DNA of 64,000 nucleotides from Candidatus Moraniibacteriota bacterium (GTDB lineage Bacteria; Patescibacteriota; Minisyncoccia; Moranbacterales; UBA1568): NCBI GenBank assembly GCA_013336285.1, contig JAAXTX010000004.1, positions 624 to 64,623 of the forward strand, read 5' to 3'. Shown piece by piece: positions 18,966 to 27,006 of this stretch (position 1 is its first letter; each line of letters starts with the position of its first letter). The notes under the pieces were generated by a model. It saw only the letters and a program-made list of their open reading frames with translations, ran no database searches and was not told where the DNA came from. The position numbers and the translations under genes were made by a program.

Positions 18966-21449
18966 GTGATTCACTATTCTGTTATGAGCGAAAAAAAGAC
19001 ACAGGGAACATTGATTGATACCGATGGACGTATCGAGGAACGGCAGATAACCGATGAGGTACGCCAATCGTATCTTGATTACGCGATGAGCGTAATCGTT
19101 GCGCGAGCATTGCCGGATGTACGTGACGGGATGAAGCCGGTGCATCGCCGCATCCTGTATTCCATGTGGTCAACGGGTCTTCGCTCGAGCGCTAAATTCA
19201 GAAAATCAGCCACCGTGGTCGGTGAAGTGCTCGGAAAATGGCATCCCCATGGCGATACCGCGGTTTATGATACGATGGTCCGCATGGCGCAGGATTTCTC
19301 CTTGCGCTACCCGCTCGTCTGGGGACAGGGTAACTTCGGCTCGATGGATGGGGATAGTCCGGCGGCGTACCGTTATACCGAAGCGAAGTTGGCCCCGATC
19401 GCGGAGGAAATGCTGCTCGATATCGAGAAAGACACGGTCGATTTCGTTCCGAACTTCGATGGAGTTCACATGGAGCCGACAGTGCTTCCGGCGAAACTGC
19501 CGCAACTTCTTTTGAATGGTACCGTGGGAATTGCCGTCGGAATGGCGACAAATATCCCGCCACACAATCTCAACGAATTAGCCGACGGAATATGTCATCT
19601 GATCGATCATCCGGATGCGACTATCGACGATCTGATGCAATTCATCAAGGGACCGGACTTTCCGACCGGTGGAATCGCTTATAATTCCGCCGATATTCGT
19701 GAGGCGTATGCGACAGGAAAGGGGAAGATAGCGACCCGGGCGAAAGCGGAGATTGTCGAGACGAAAGCCGGGATGTTCCAGATCGTCGTCACGGAGATGA
19801 CGTACCAGACGAACAAGGCTACCCTTATAGAAAGGCTTGCCGATCTCGTGAAGGACGGTAAGATACTGGGTATCCGCGATCTTCGTGACGAATCCGACAA
19901 GGATGGCGTCCGAGTCGTCGTGGAATTGAAAAAGGACGCCTATCCGCAAAAGGTTCTCAATCAGCTATATACCCAGACGGATCTCCAGAAAAACTTCAAC
20001 GTGAACATGCTGGCGCTTGTTGACGGCATCGATCCGCAGATACTTACCCTGAAGTCGATTCTTGAACATTACATCATCCACAGGCAGAAGGTGGTCACTC
20101 GTCGGGCTGAATATGAACTCGATAAGGCCCGTGATCGCGCTCATATCCTTGAGGGACTCAAAAAGGCGTTGGACCACATCGATGAGATCATCGCTACCAT
20201 AAAGAAGTCGAAGACCAAGGAAGAGGCACATCAGAACCTCATGAAGAACTTCCGTCTTTCCGATCGGCAAACGACAGCGATACTCGAGATGCGTCTTCAG
20301 ACGCTCTCCGGTCTCGAAAGGCAGAAAATCGAGGACGAGCTTGATGAGAAAATGAAACTTATCGCTCAGCTAGAGGACCTGCTCTCAAGCCGAGAGAAGA
20401 TTCTTGGAGTGGTGAAGACCGAACTTTTGGAACTTCGTGATAAGTATGGCGATGCGCGAAAGACGCGGATTGTCAGGAGTGGCCTCGGTGAATTCAAACA
20501 GGAGGATCTTATCCCGAACGAGGATGCGATCATCACGCTTTCCGAAGACGGATATATCAAGCGCATGAATCCGGACGTATATCGTGTGCAGAAACGCGGT
20601 GGAAAGGGCGTAATCGGAGCGGTCACCAAGGAGGAGGACAAGATAGCCATGGTACTTTCGCTTGAGACGCATGCCGACCTCATGTTCTTCACGAATACCG
20701 GGAAGGTCTTCCAGCTCAAGGCGTATGAGATTCCTGAATCATCACGCACGGCGAAGGGGGCAGCAATCGTAAACTTCATCCAGATCAGTCCGGAGGAGAA
20801 GATTACCGAACTGGTCGCACGGAAAAAAGGCGATGATACAAGATTCCTTTTCATGGCGACTCGGAACGGAACCGTCAAGAAGACAAAGATCGAGGAATTC
20901 GAAAATGTCCGCCGATCGGGTCTTATCGCGATCAACCTGGATAAGGGCGATCTATTGAGTTGGGTCCGACCGACCGACGGTGGAGATGATATCATCATGA
21001 CTACGCAGGATGGCCAGGCGATCCGTTTCAAGGAGACCGATGTGCGGGCTATGGGGCGTTCCGCTGCCGGAGTCCGTGGTATCCGTCTCGGTCAGGGTGA
21101 CGAGGTGGTCGCTATGGATGTTATAAATAAGGGTGAGAAGGGACTCGAATTGCTTATCCTTTCACAGAACGGACTGGGAAAACGCTCGGAGTTGAAGCAT
21201 TATAAGGTGCAGAAACGTGGTGGGTCCGGTATAAAGACCATGAAAGTGACGGTAAAGACGGGAAAGCTTGTCGGTGCCGCTATCACTTCGATGGCGAATA
21301 TCGAGGATGATCTGATTCTCACCTCTGAGAAAGGAACCATTATCCGTATTCCGTTCAAGTCGGTGCCGCTTCTTTCCCGTGTGACTCAGGGCGTACGCGT
21401 CATGAAGCCGCAGGCCGGCGATAAAGTAGGAGCGTTCACGATGCTGTAA
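18966..21449 (+). CDS. gyrA: DNA gyrase subunit A
   Basis: [26 protein letters not shown] and GyrA C-terminal beta-pinwheel repeats. 827 aa. Confidence 0.9.
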   Translation: MIHYSVMSEKKTQGTLIDTDGRIEERQITDEVRQSYLDYAMSVIVARALPDVRDGMKPVHRRILYSMWSTGLRSSAKFRKSATVVGEVLGKWHPHGDTAVYDTMVRMAQDFSLRYPLVWGQGNFGSMDGDSPAAYRYTEAKLAPIAEEMLLDIEKDTVDFVPNFDGVHMEPTVLPAKLPQLLLNGTVGIAVGMATNIPPHNLNELADGICHLIDHPDATIDDLMQFIKGPDFPTGGIAYNSADIREAYATGKGKIATRAKAEIVETKAGMFQIVVTEMTYQTNKATLIERLADLVKDGKILGIRDLRDESDKDGVRVVVELKKDAYPQKVLNQLYTQTDLQKNFNVNMLALVDGIDPQILTLKSILEHYIIHRQKVVTRRAEYELDKARDRAHILEGLKKALDHIDEIIATIKKSKTKEEAHQNLMKNFRLSDRQTTAILEMRLQTLSGLERQKIEDELDEKMKLIAQLEDLLSSREKILGVVKTELLELRDKYGDARKTRIVRSGLGEFKQEDLIPNEDAIITLSEDGYIKRMNPDVYRVQKRGGKGVIGAVTKEEDKIAMVLSLETHADLMFFTNTGKVFQLKAYEIPESSRTAKGAAIVNFIQISPEEKITELVARKKGDDTRFLFMATRNGTVKKTKIEEFENVRRSGLIAINLDKGDLLSWVRPTDGGDDIIMTTQDGQAIRFKETDVRAMGRSAAGVRGIRLGQGDEVVAMDVINKGEKGLELLILSQNGLGKRSELKHYKVQKRGGSGIKTMKVTVKTGKLVGAAITSMANIEDDLILTSEKGTIIRIPFKSVPLLSRVTQGVRVMKPQAGDKVGAFTML

Positions 21450-21506
21450 GACCGTGACTATCGGGAATGCCCCGTTTCTATCGGAGTACGGCACAAGTGA
21501 AAAGAA

Positions 21507-21532
21507 AAACCGCCGTAAGGCGGTTTTTCTTT
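21507..21532. terminator. Bidirectional rho-independent terminator
   Basis: ACCGCC-GTAA-GGCGGT followed by TTTTTCTTTT. An A-run upstream serves the convergent TrmB-like gene. Confidence 0.55.
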
Positions 21533-21550
21533 TGGGCGTTGATGAAGGGC

Positions 21551-22330
21551 TTACGCGTCAAGCTCAGGAATACGCTTTGGAAGCGCATTCCAAAGCAACT
21601 CGAAAGTGAGCTTTTGAAGTTCTGCCAGCTCTTTCGACTCGATAAGAACGGCGATTTTTTCCCTCCAAGACACGATCAACATTTTGTCGTTGTAGATATT
21701 GACTTCCGGCGAGAATGACATCTCTTTCTCGGGAAGGAATCGGACAGTCCTCATCTCATCTTGATTGTGTCTCGTCCGTTCGATGGAAGCCGAATTTCTC
21801 GGAAGTATGCCTTTGCCGAAAATCCCTTTTTCGACCCTGCGTTTGTAATATTCCGGGAAGAAATCGGGCAGACCCTCGTGGATAGTCTCAATATTCGAGT
21901 ATCCCAGAATCATCCCGTCAGCAGTCAATGTGTCCTCATAAGCCTCCCGCATGCCTTTTTCTCCCTCGAAGAAACTAACTTTTGGCTTATTTGTAAAGAT
22001 ATTTTGAAGTGATACCAGTTGTGGAAGCAGTTCGGATACCTTTCGTTTTTGCTTTTCTATCTTTTTAACCTGTTCTTCTTTTTCGCGATCCAAATAGGTT
22101 AGCAGGTGTCTTGGTTCCAGGGCATTGAAGTATGTCGCGGAACCCTTTTTGAATTTGCTTACAAGACCCTTCTGCATCAGGACATCGAAGATGTCGTAGA
22201 TCGTCGTTCGATTCAGTCCGGTTTTTTTTGCGATATCATGAGCCTTACCGGAGCCGACCTCAAGCAGGGCGAGGTATACGGATGACTCTTTTTCTGAGAA
22301 ATCGAGCGCGGAAAGAAGGTTGTTTATCAT
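21551..22330 (-). CDS. TrmB-family winged-helix transcriptional regulator
   Basis: N-terminal FSEKESSVYLALLEVGSGKAHDIAKKTGLNRTTIYDIFDVLMQKGLV matches the TrmB HTH. Divergent from the ART-fold/rSAM cassette. Confidence 0.6.
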   Translation of the reverse strand: MINNLLSALDFSEKESSVYLALLEVGSGKAHDIAKKTGLNRTTIYDIFDVLMQKGLVSKFKKGSATYFNALEPRHLLTYLDREKEEQVKKIEKQKRKVSELLPQLVSLQNIFTNKPKVSFFEGEKGMREAYEDTLTADGMILGYSNIETIHEGLPDFFPEYYKRRVEKGIFGKGILPRNSASIERTRHNQDEMRTVRFLPEKEMSFSPEVNIYNDKMLIVSWREKIAVLIESKELAELQKLTFELLWNALPKRIPELDA

Positions 22331-22454
22331 ATAGTTGTGGAAAGTATTGCGACAAAATTATCATATATTAAAAGCCAAAATAATCAAAATATCGATATAC
22401 GATTCGAATAAGATTCCACAGAATCATTGAATAGTTGTATACTCAGGAGTCGAA

Positions 22455-22485
22455 TTGAAAAGCAGCTCCTTCAAAATATATAAAT
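22455..22485 (+). promoter_or_regulatory. Sigma70-like promoter (TTGAAA, 16-17 nt spacer, TATATAAAT)
   Basis: ttgaaaagcagctccttcaaaatatataaat. The transcript would include the palindromic leader at 22510. Confidence 0.4.
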
Positions 22486-22509
22486 ATCAGCCTCCTTTGA
22501 ACGTTGTGC

Positions 22510-22523
22510 CCTTCGGCCGAAGG
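22510..22523. promoter_or_regulatory. Perfect 14-bp palindrome CCTTCGGCCGAAGG in the 5' leader of the ART-fold gene (copy 1 of a shared leader element)
   Basis: Context CGTTGTGCCCTTCGGCCGAAGGCATAA..AAGGAGG..ATG. A homologous element lies upstream of the rSAM gene at 23390-23425. Confidence 0.5.
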
Positions 22524-22546
22524 CATAAATAACATAAGGAGGAAAA

Positions 22547-22849
22547 ATGGCACGGTATTTTCACGGGACAAGCAGCGCTAACTTGCAAGCAATAATGACT
22601 CACGGGCTCATCGGAGGTTTAAACCTGACAGAAGCGAGGCGCAGGAATACGGAAATCGTTTTTTTAACGACAAATTATCAGAGCGCCGTCGGTTACGCCG
22701 GGAGAAGCAAGGCGCAACGCGGCGGTAAAGCCGTGGTATTGGTCGTTTCATCTTCCGAGGCAAGACCGTGGAAGAATAAAAAAGGTTGTACTATATTTAC
22801 GGCGCCAAACGTAATAGCACAGGAAATTTGTAAGGTAATTGAACTATAA
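22547..22849 (+). CDS. Small ADP-ribosyltransferase-fold protein (H-G-T motif; resembles the Tpt1/KptA C-terminal NAD-binding lobe)
   Basis: RYFHGTSSANLQAIMTHGL at the N-terminus (the H-Y-E ART clade has [FY]HG[ST]). Later IVFLTT, AVGYAGRS, KAVVLVV and IFTAPNVIAQEI parallel the Tpt1 C-lobe blocks. Only 100 aa. Confidence 0.4.
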   Translation: MARYFHGTSSANLQAIMTHGLIGGLNLTEARRRNTEIVFLTTNYQSAVGYAGRSKAQRGGKAVVLVVSSSEARPWKNKKGCTIFTAPNVIAQEICKVIEL

Positions 22850-22862
22850 AAAGGGCAGAGAC

Positions 22863-23063
22863 ATGGGAAAAACAGAGAAAATAATTCGGATGATATTAAG
22901 AATGGCGGTTGCACCCTGCGCTCTTATCGCTCCATTCCTGATTATGTTGGGCGTGTGGTCGATGAATATCCATAACGGGGAATCTGCTGTATTGGCTATT
23001 GGTGGCGGTGTAGGTTCCTCACTCGTAGCTTGGATATGCTGGCTGCTTGAGGAACCGGCATAA
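22863..23063 (+). CDS. Small two-helix membrane protein
   Basis: MGKTEKIIRMILRMAVAPCALIAPFLIMLGVW...AVLAIGGGVGSSLVAWICWLL. The track ORF starts at 22839; the ATG at 22863 avoids overlap with the upstream gene. Confidence 0.4.
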   Translation: MGKTEKIIRMILRMAVAPCALIAPFLIMLGVWSMNIHNGESAVLAIGGGVGSSLVAWICWLLEEPA

Positions 23064-23097
23064 ATCCTTCAAGGTGGGTTCTGATACGGACCGCCGT

Positions 23098-23135
23098 GCA
23101 CCGGGATCTTAACAGATTCCGGTGCTTTATTTATC
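23098..23135 (+). terminator. Rho-independent terminator after the ART-fold/TM pair
   Basis: GCACCGG, a 14-nt loop, CCGGTGC, then TTTATTTAT. Confidence 0.45.
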
Positions 23136-23407
23136 ACGATTTATAACCATTTCCATAACGATGACTGCATGTCGTACCACTCTCCCATTTTCTCATGGCA
23201 CTTTTTATAATCGATTAACATTTAATAATTCGTGGAAGAATATTCGACAGAAAGTTGCCTTAAAAAAGGCATTAAGTATATATATTAGCCTAATAATATA
23301 AATAGTCTCTGACAACTTTTTAAAAAAAGCAGTATACTTCAGTGTTACGGTGATATACGATTGAAGCTTAAAAAATGCGAAATATTTCCCGTTTCGTCCT
23401 TGTGCTC

Positions 23408-23417
23408 TCCGGCCGGA
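23408..23417. promoter_or_regulatory. Palindrome TCCGGCCGGA in the rSAM leader (copy 2 of the shared leader element)
   Basis: Context CGTCCTTGTGCTCTCCGGCCGGAAGCATAAGAAC..GGAG..ATG aligns with copy 1 (shared CGTyyTTGTGC, CGGCCG core, AAGCATAA). Confidence 0.5.
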
Positions 23418-23444
23418 AGCATAAGAACTAAACGGAGATAGTTA

Positions 23445-24578
23445 ATGAAAAATAGTATCAGTGAAAAATCGGTCCAGCATGGACTGGAAAGAAAAAATAA
23501 CGGCAATCTCCAGACCATGTGGATCGAGTTGCCCGGCATCTGTAATCTGGCCTGCGCTTACTGCTATGCCTGCGGAGGAGACAGACTTTGTTCCGATAAT
23601 CTCCTCTCGTGGCAACAGTATAAATCGATTCTCGTACAGGCAAGGGCACTGGGCGTCGACTCCATCGGAATACCCGGTGCCGGAGAGCCGCTGCTTGGTA
23701 CGAACAGACAGCTTGCATTGTCGATTATCCGGAAGTGTTCGGAACTGGGTATTTTCGTGACATTGTTTACTACCGGAGAGTTCATCGATGAACGGATAGC
23801 TGACGAACTGTATCGGCTTCCGGTCGAAGTGATGCTGAAGGGTAATACCCTTGATCCGGAAAAGCAGGACCGCTTCGTAAGTGACCCGTCCCGCAATAGG
23901 GAAATTCGGGGCTATGGCGAAAAAAGAAATGTCGCCATCGATCTCCTGATGCGAAAGGGCTTCAACGACCACGGCAAATGCATGAAGGCGTTTGGCCGCA
24001 AGAGTCGAATGGCGCTTGTCACGAGCATCATGACTGGCGGACACGGTGAGCTTAACAATTTAGACGATGTCGTCGGGGTTCTCAGGTACTGCAGGGAACA
24101 CAACATCATATTCGACTGCGACAGCCTTCTGGAGCGCGGGCGTGGGGCGAACTGCGAGTTGTGTGCTTCCGACAGGGAACTGAAAAGTAAGCTGCTCGAA
24201 CTGCAGGAAATCGACGACGTGGAGTATGGGAATGTTTGGGGGCTTTCGCAGTCCTATGTCGGTACCGTTTGTGATCGGTACATGCATCATCTGTACGTTA
24301 CACAGTACGGCGAGGTCAGGCCGTGCATAGGTGCGATGGATATGATGTTGGGAGACCTTCACGAGACGACGCTTCAGGAGGCATGGGAGAGTGCGGAGAT
24401 GCGGATCATACGGGCAAGGAAGTATTCCGGAAAATGCGGGGATGAATGCGGCAACTTCGAAGACGGAACGTGCAATTCCTGCTTGGGGCGTCGCGTTTCG
24501 GGCCTGACCAACGAGAACCTGTTGGCCAAGGGAAGCGTCGATACCGTCGGATGCTGGAATTTCAGGGATAAGACCTGA
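23445..24578 (+). CDS. Radical SAM enzyme with C-terminal SPASM/twitch-type auxiliary Fe-S domain (peptide-modifying maturase-like)
   Basis: CNLACAYC (CxxxCxxC) with GAGEPLL. C-terminal cysteine cluster C..C....CGDECGNFEDGTCNSC typical of a SPASM domain. Confidence 0.8.
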   Translation: MKNSISEKSVQHGLERKNNGNLQTMWIELPGICNLACAYCYACGGDRLCSDNLLSWQQYKSILVQARALGVDSIGIPGAGEPLLGTNRQLALSIIRKCSELGIFVTLFTTGEFIDERIADELYRLPVEVMLKGNTLDPEKQDRFVSDPSRNREIRGYGEKRNVAIDLLMRKGFNDHGKCMKAFGRKSRMALVTSIMTGGHGELNNLDDVVGVLRYCREHNIIFDCDSLLERGRGANCELCASDRELKSKLLELQEIDDVEYGNVWGLSQSYVGTVCDRYMHHLYVTQYGEVRPCIGAMDMMLGDLHETTLQEAWESAEMRIIRARKYSGKCGDECGNFEDGTCNSCLGRRVSGLTNENLLAKGSVDTVGCWNFRDKT

Positions 24579-24600
24579 AATAAGGCTAAGCGCGGCAGTA

Positions 24601-24630
24601 GGCAGAACGTAAACCGTTCTGCCTTTTATA
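24601..24630 (+). terminator. Rho-independent terminator after the rSAM gene
   Basis: GGCAGAACG-TAAAC-CGTTCTGCC followed by TTTTATATA. Confidence 0.55.
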
Positions 24631-24794
24631 TATCGATCTATGCGACTCATATTTTCGTACTTGCCAACATTTTTATCCCGTGTTATCGTTTCTATTGATA
24701 ATTTCTAAGGGTGAAGCGTGCAGTGGTGCGGGTGGAGGCGCGAAAGCGTCGCGCGGCTTCGGTCGCGGCACGACGGTACGGCTTACATAAAGGT

Positions 24795-25058
24795 ATGGCG
24801 CTAACACACGCGCAGAAGGATAGGGTTACGAAGGAGGTCAAGCGTCACGATACGGATACCGGTTCTCCGGAATATCAGATCGCGATGTTCACGGAGAAGA
24901 TCAAGCGGTTGACCGCTCATCTCAAAAAGAACAAGCAGGATTTCCATTCCCGTCGCGGTCTTCTGAAGATGGTCGCCAAAAGGAAGAAGCTCTTCGCTTA
25001 CCTTGAGAAGACGGATGAAAAGTCCGCGAAGGGTCTGAAGAAGAAGCTTGGTCTGTAG
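24795..25058 (+). CDS. rpsO: 30S ribosomal protein S15
   Basis: MALTHAQK...DTGSPEYQIAMFTEKIKRLTAHLKKNKQDFHSRRGLLKMVAKRKKLFAYL matches S15. Start at the internal ATG with an AAAGG RBS. Confidence 0.85.
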   Translation: MALTHAQKDRVTKEVKRHDTDTGSPEYQIAMFTEKIKRLTAHLKKNKQDFHSRRGLLKMVAKRKKLFAYLEKTDEKSAKGLKKKLGL

Positions 25059-25068
25059 GATCGCAAAG

Positions 25069-25094
25069 CTGCCCTTTCGGGCAGTTCTTGCTTT
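25069..25094 (+). terminator. Rho-independent terminator after rpsO
   Basis: CTGCCC-TTTC-GGGCAG followed by TTCTTGCTTT. Confidence 0.5.
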
Positions 25095-25118
25095 GTAGGA
25101 TATTCGAAACGAACGATT

Positions 25119-25625
25119 ATGGCAAAACTTACGGAACAGCGTGTCGGAGTATTCGTCGATGTGTCCAATCTCTACCACAGTGCGAAGGTCGTGTACAAAA
25201 AGAAGGTGAATTTCAAGAATATCCTGGTTGAGGCCGTATCCGGGCGAAAACTTATACGGGCGATCGCTTATGGCATCACGACTTCAGAAGCCACCGAGGA
25301 AAAGTTTTTTGAGACGATAGGTACCTACGGATATGACGTGAAGACGAAGGAGTTGCAGATTTTCCCCGACGGCTCAAAGAAAGGCGACTGGGACGTCGGA
25401 ATCACCGTCGACGCGATCAAAATGGCGGCAAAACTTGATGTGGTGATTCTCGCTTCGGGCGACGGCGACTATATCCCGCTCGTCGAATATCTTCAGAGCA
25501 CCTTCGGGTGCCGCGTCGAGGTGGTCGGTTTTTCGGAATCTGCGAGTTCGAAACTGGTCGAGATCGCGGATGAATTTCTCAACCTCTCGTCAGATCGGAA
25601 AAAATTTCTTCTGGGAGGAAGATAA
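25119..25625 (+). CDS. NYN-domain (LabA-like) protein, paralog 1
   Basis: VGVFVDVSNLYHS...ILASGDGDYIPLV matches NYN/LabA motifs. Confidence 0.7.
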   Translation: MAKLTEQRVGVFVDVSNLYHSAKVVYKKKVNFKNILVEAVSGRKLIRAIAYGITTSEATEEKFFETIGTYGYDVKTKELQIFPDGSKKGDWDVGITVDAIKMAAKLDVVILASGDGDYIPLVEYLQSTFGCRVEVVGFSESASSKLVEIADEFLNLSSDRKKFLLGGR

Positions 25626-25647
25626 GATGTGATGATTCCGGATAGAG

Positions 25648-25671
25648 AGACCGCGCGAGCGGTCTTTTTTA
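25648..25671 (+). terminator. Rho-independent terminator
   Basis: AGACCGC-GCGA-GCGGTCT followed by TTTTTT. Confidence 0.55.
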
Positions 25672-25736
25672 TGGAAACATTGACAAAACGGAATGATGTG
25701 CCATGTTGAGTTTATCTTTAATAATAACTACGGGAG

Positions 25737-26516
25737 GTGAGAGTGGAAGCCGGACAGGAACATGTCAGGGTTGGTATATTTGTCGATGCTTTGAATATTC
25801 TGTATTCGTTTCGTGATTATGCCTCGAAACGAGGCATAGGAAGGGTTATCGACTTCGAGAAGGTAATGCGGGAATGTGTTCATGGCAGGCGTATCGTCAA
25901 GTCCGTGGCGTATTCCGGATCGAATACCTATCAGGGAAAGAGAGCATTCGCCGGTTTGAACGGCGCGCTGAAACTCGCGGGATTCGAATTGAAAGTGAAG
26001 CAGGCGGATATACTTGCCGATCGGAGGATGAAGTGCAATTGGGATGTCGGTATGGCGATTGATATTCCTAAGGTCGCCAGAAAGATGGAAGTGGTGATAT
26101 TGGTAACGGGTGACGGCGATTTTATCGATTTGGTAATCGAACTGCAGAACGAGTACGGATGTGAGGTAGAGGTCGTCGCATTCAGTGATTCCATGAGTCT
26201 CGAATTGAGAAACGTGGCCGATCGATATTCGTATATCGAGGACGGGGATTATTTGAAGGAAGAACCGGTCTTGAAAAAGACGAGAAAAATGAACGTGCAG
26301 AAAAAAGAAAACGGAGCGAAGCGGAGTGTGGATCCCGAAATTATCGCTGAAGGATACGATGACGATGTGTCGGATCTCATGCCAAAGTTGGCCGACGACG
26401 CGCGCGATGAGCAGGTAACGGAAAAAAAATCACCACAGCGAAAAATATCCTTGAAACGAATGAGTTGTTTTTATGTAAAAAAGGGTGAGAATTCGGGAAA
26501 AGATCCTGGCATGTAA
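25737..26516 (+). CDS. NYN-domain (LabA-like) protein, paralog 2, with charged C-terminal tail
   Basis: VGIFVDALNILYS...VTGDGDFIDLV, plus a ~90-aa K/E/D-rich extension. Confidence 0.65.
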   Translation: MRVEAGQEHVRVGIFVDALNILYSFRDYASKRGIGRVIDFEKVMRECVHGRRIVKSVAYSGSNTYQGKRAFAGLNGALKLAGFELKVKQADILADRRMKCNWDVGMAIDIPKVARKMEVVILVTGDGDFIDLVIELQNEYGCEVEVVAFSDSMSLELRNVADRYSYIEDGDYLKEEPVLKKTRKMNVQKKENGAKRSVDPEIIAEGYDDDVSDLMPKLADDARDEQVTEKKSPQRKISLKRMSCFYVKKGENSGKDPGM

Positions 26517-27006
26517 TGTATTCCCGGATATGGCTGACATCTCGTCGGATCACGATGTAGAAAAGGACGATTCGCGAATCTCGCCATTTTAAACTGCTCG
26601 TGCCGGGGATTCTTCCCTGAATTGTCTATCTAATCAAAAAAACAGCTCTGGTGAAAGACGAATATCGAATTTCATCAAACATGTAGCGCGTGCGGAGAAT
26701 AAGCACCCGTAAAAAACCAATCTGCAGAGCAGTACGAATGAAAGCGGAGTCATCGTTGTTCCGATGAATGCCTCGGTGGATATGCACGAATGCTGGCGAC
26801 CATACGTCGCCGGCATTATTTATTATGAGTATTTCTCTTGTCGACGATTGACTTTCGGGGGATTTCTCCGTACAGTGTGAGAGAAGGTAATCATTTATAT
26901 AGCTTTCGATCGCGCGCGGCTCAAATCTCAAAAATGAGGAAAGAAACGGCTTCTTCTCTCGTTTTTGCGCTTTGGGTCCCTGTTCGCGGTCCGGGAGCAT
27001 AAGGCT

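Noticed and set aside
18982-21031. Multiple minus-strand ORFs (63-221 aa) inside gyrA
   Set aside because: They are antisense to a high-confidence conserved gene, have low-complexity Arg/Ser/Pro-rich translations, and are typical GC-rich antisense artefacts.
24060-24650. 196-aa minus-strand ORF overlapping the rSAM gene
   Set aside because: It is antisense to a gene with clear CxxxCxxC/SPASM motifs and has no motifs of its own.
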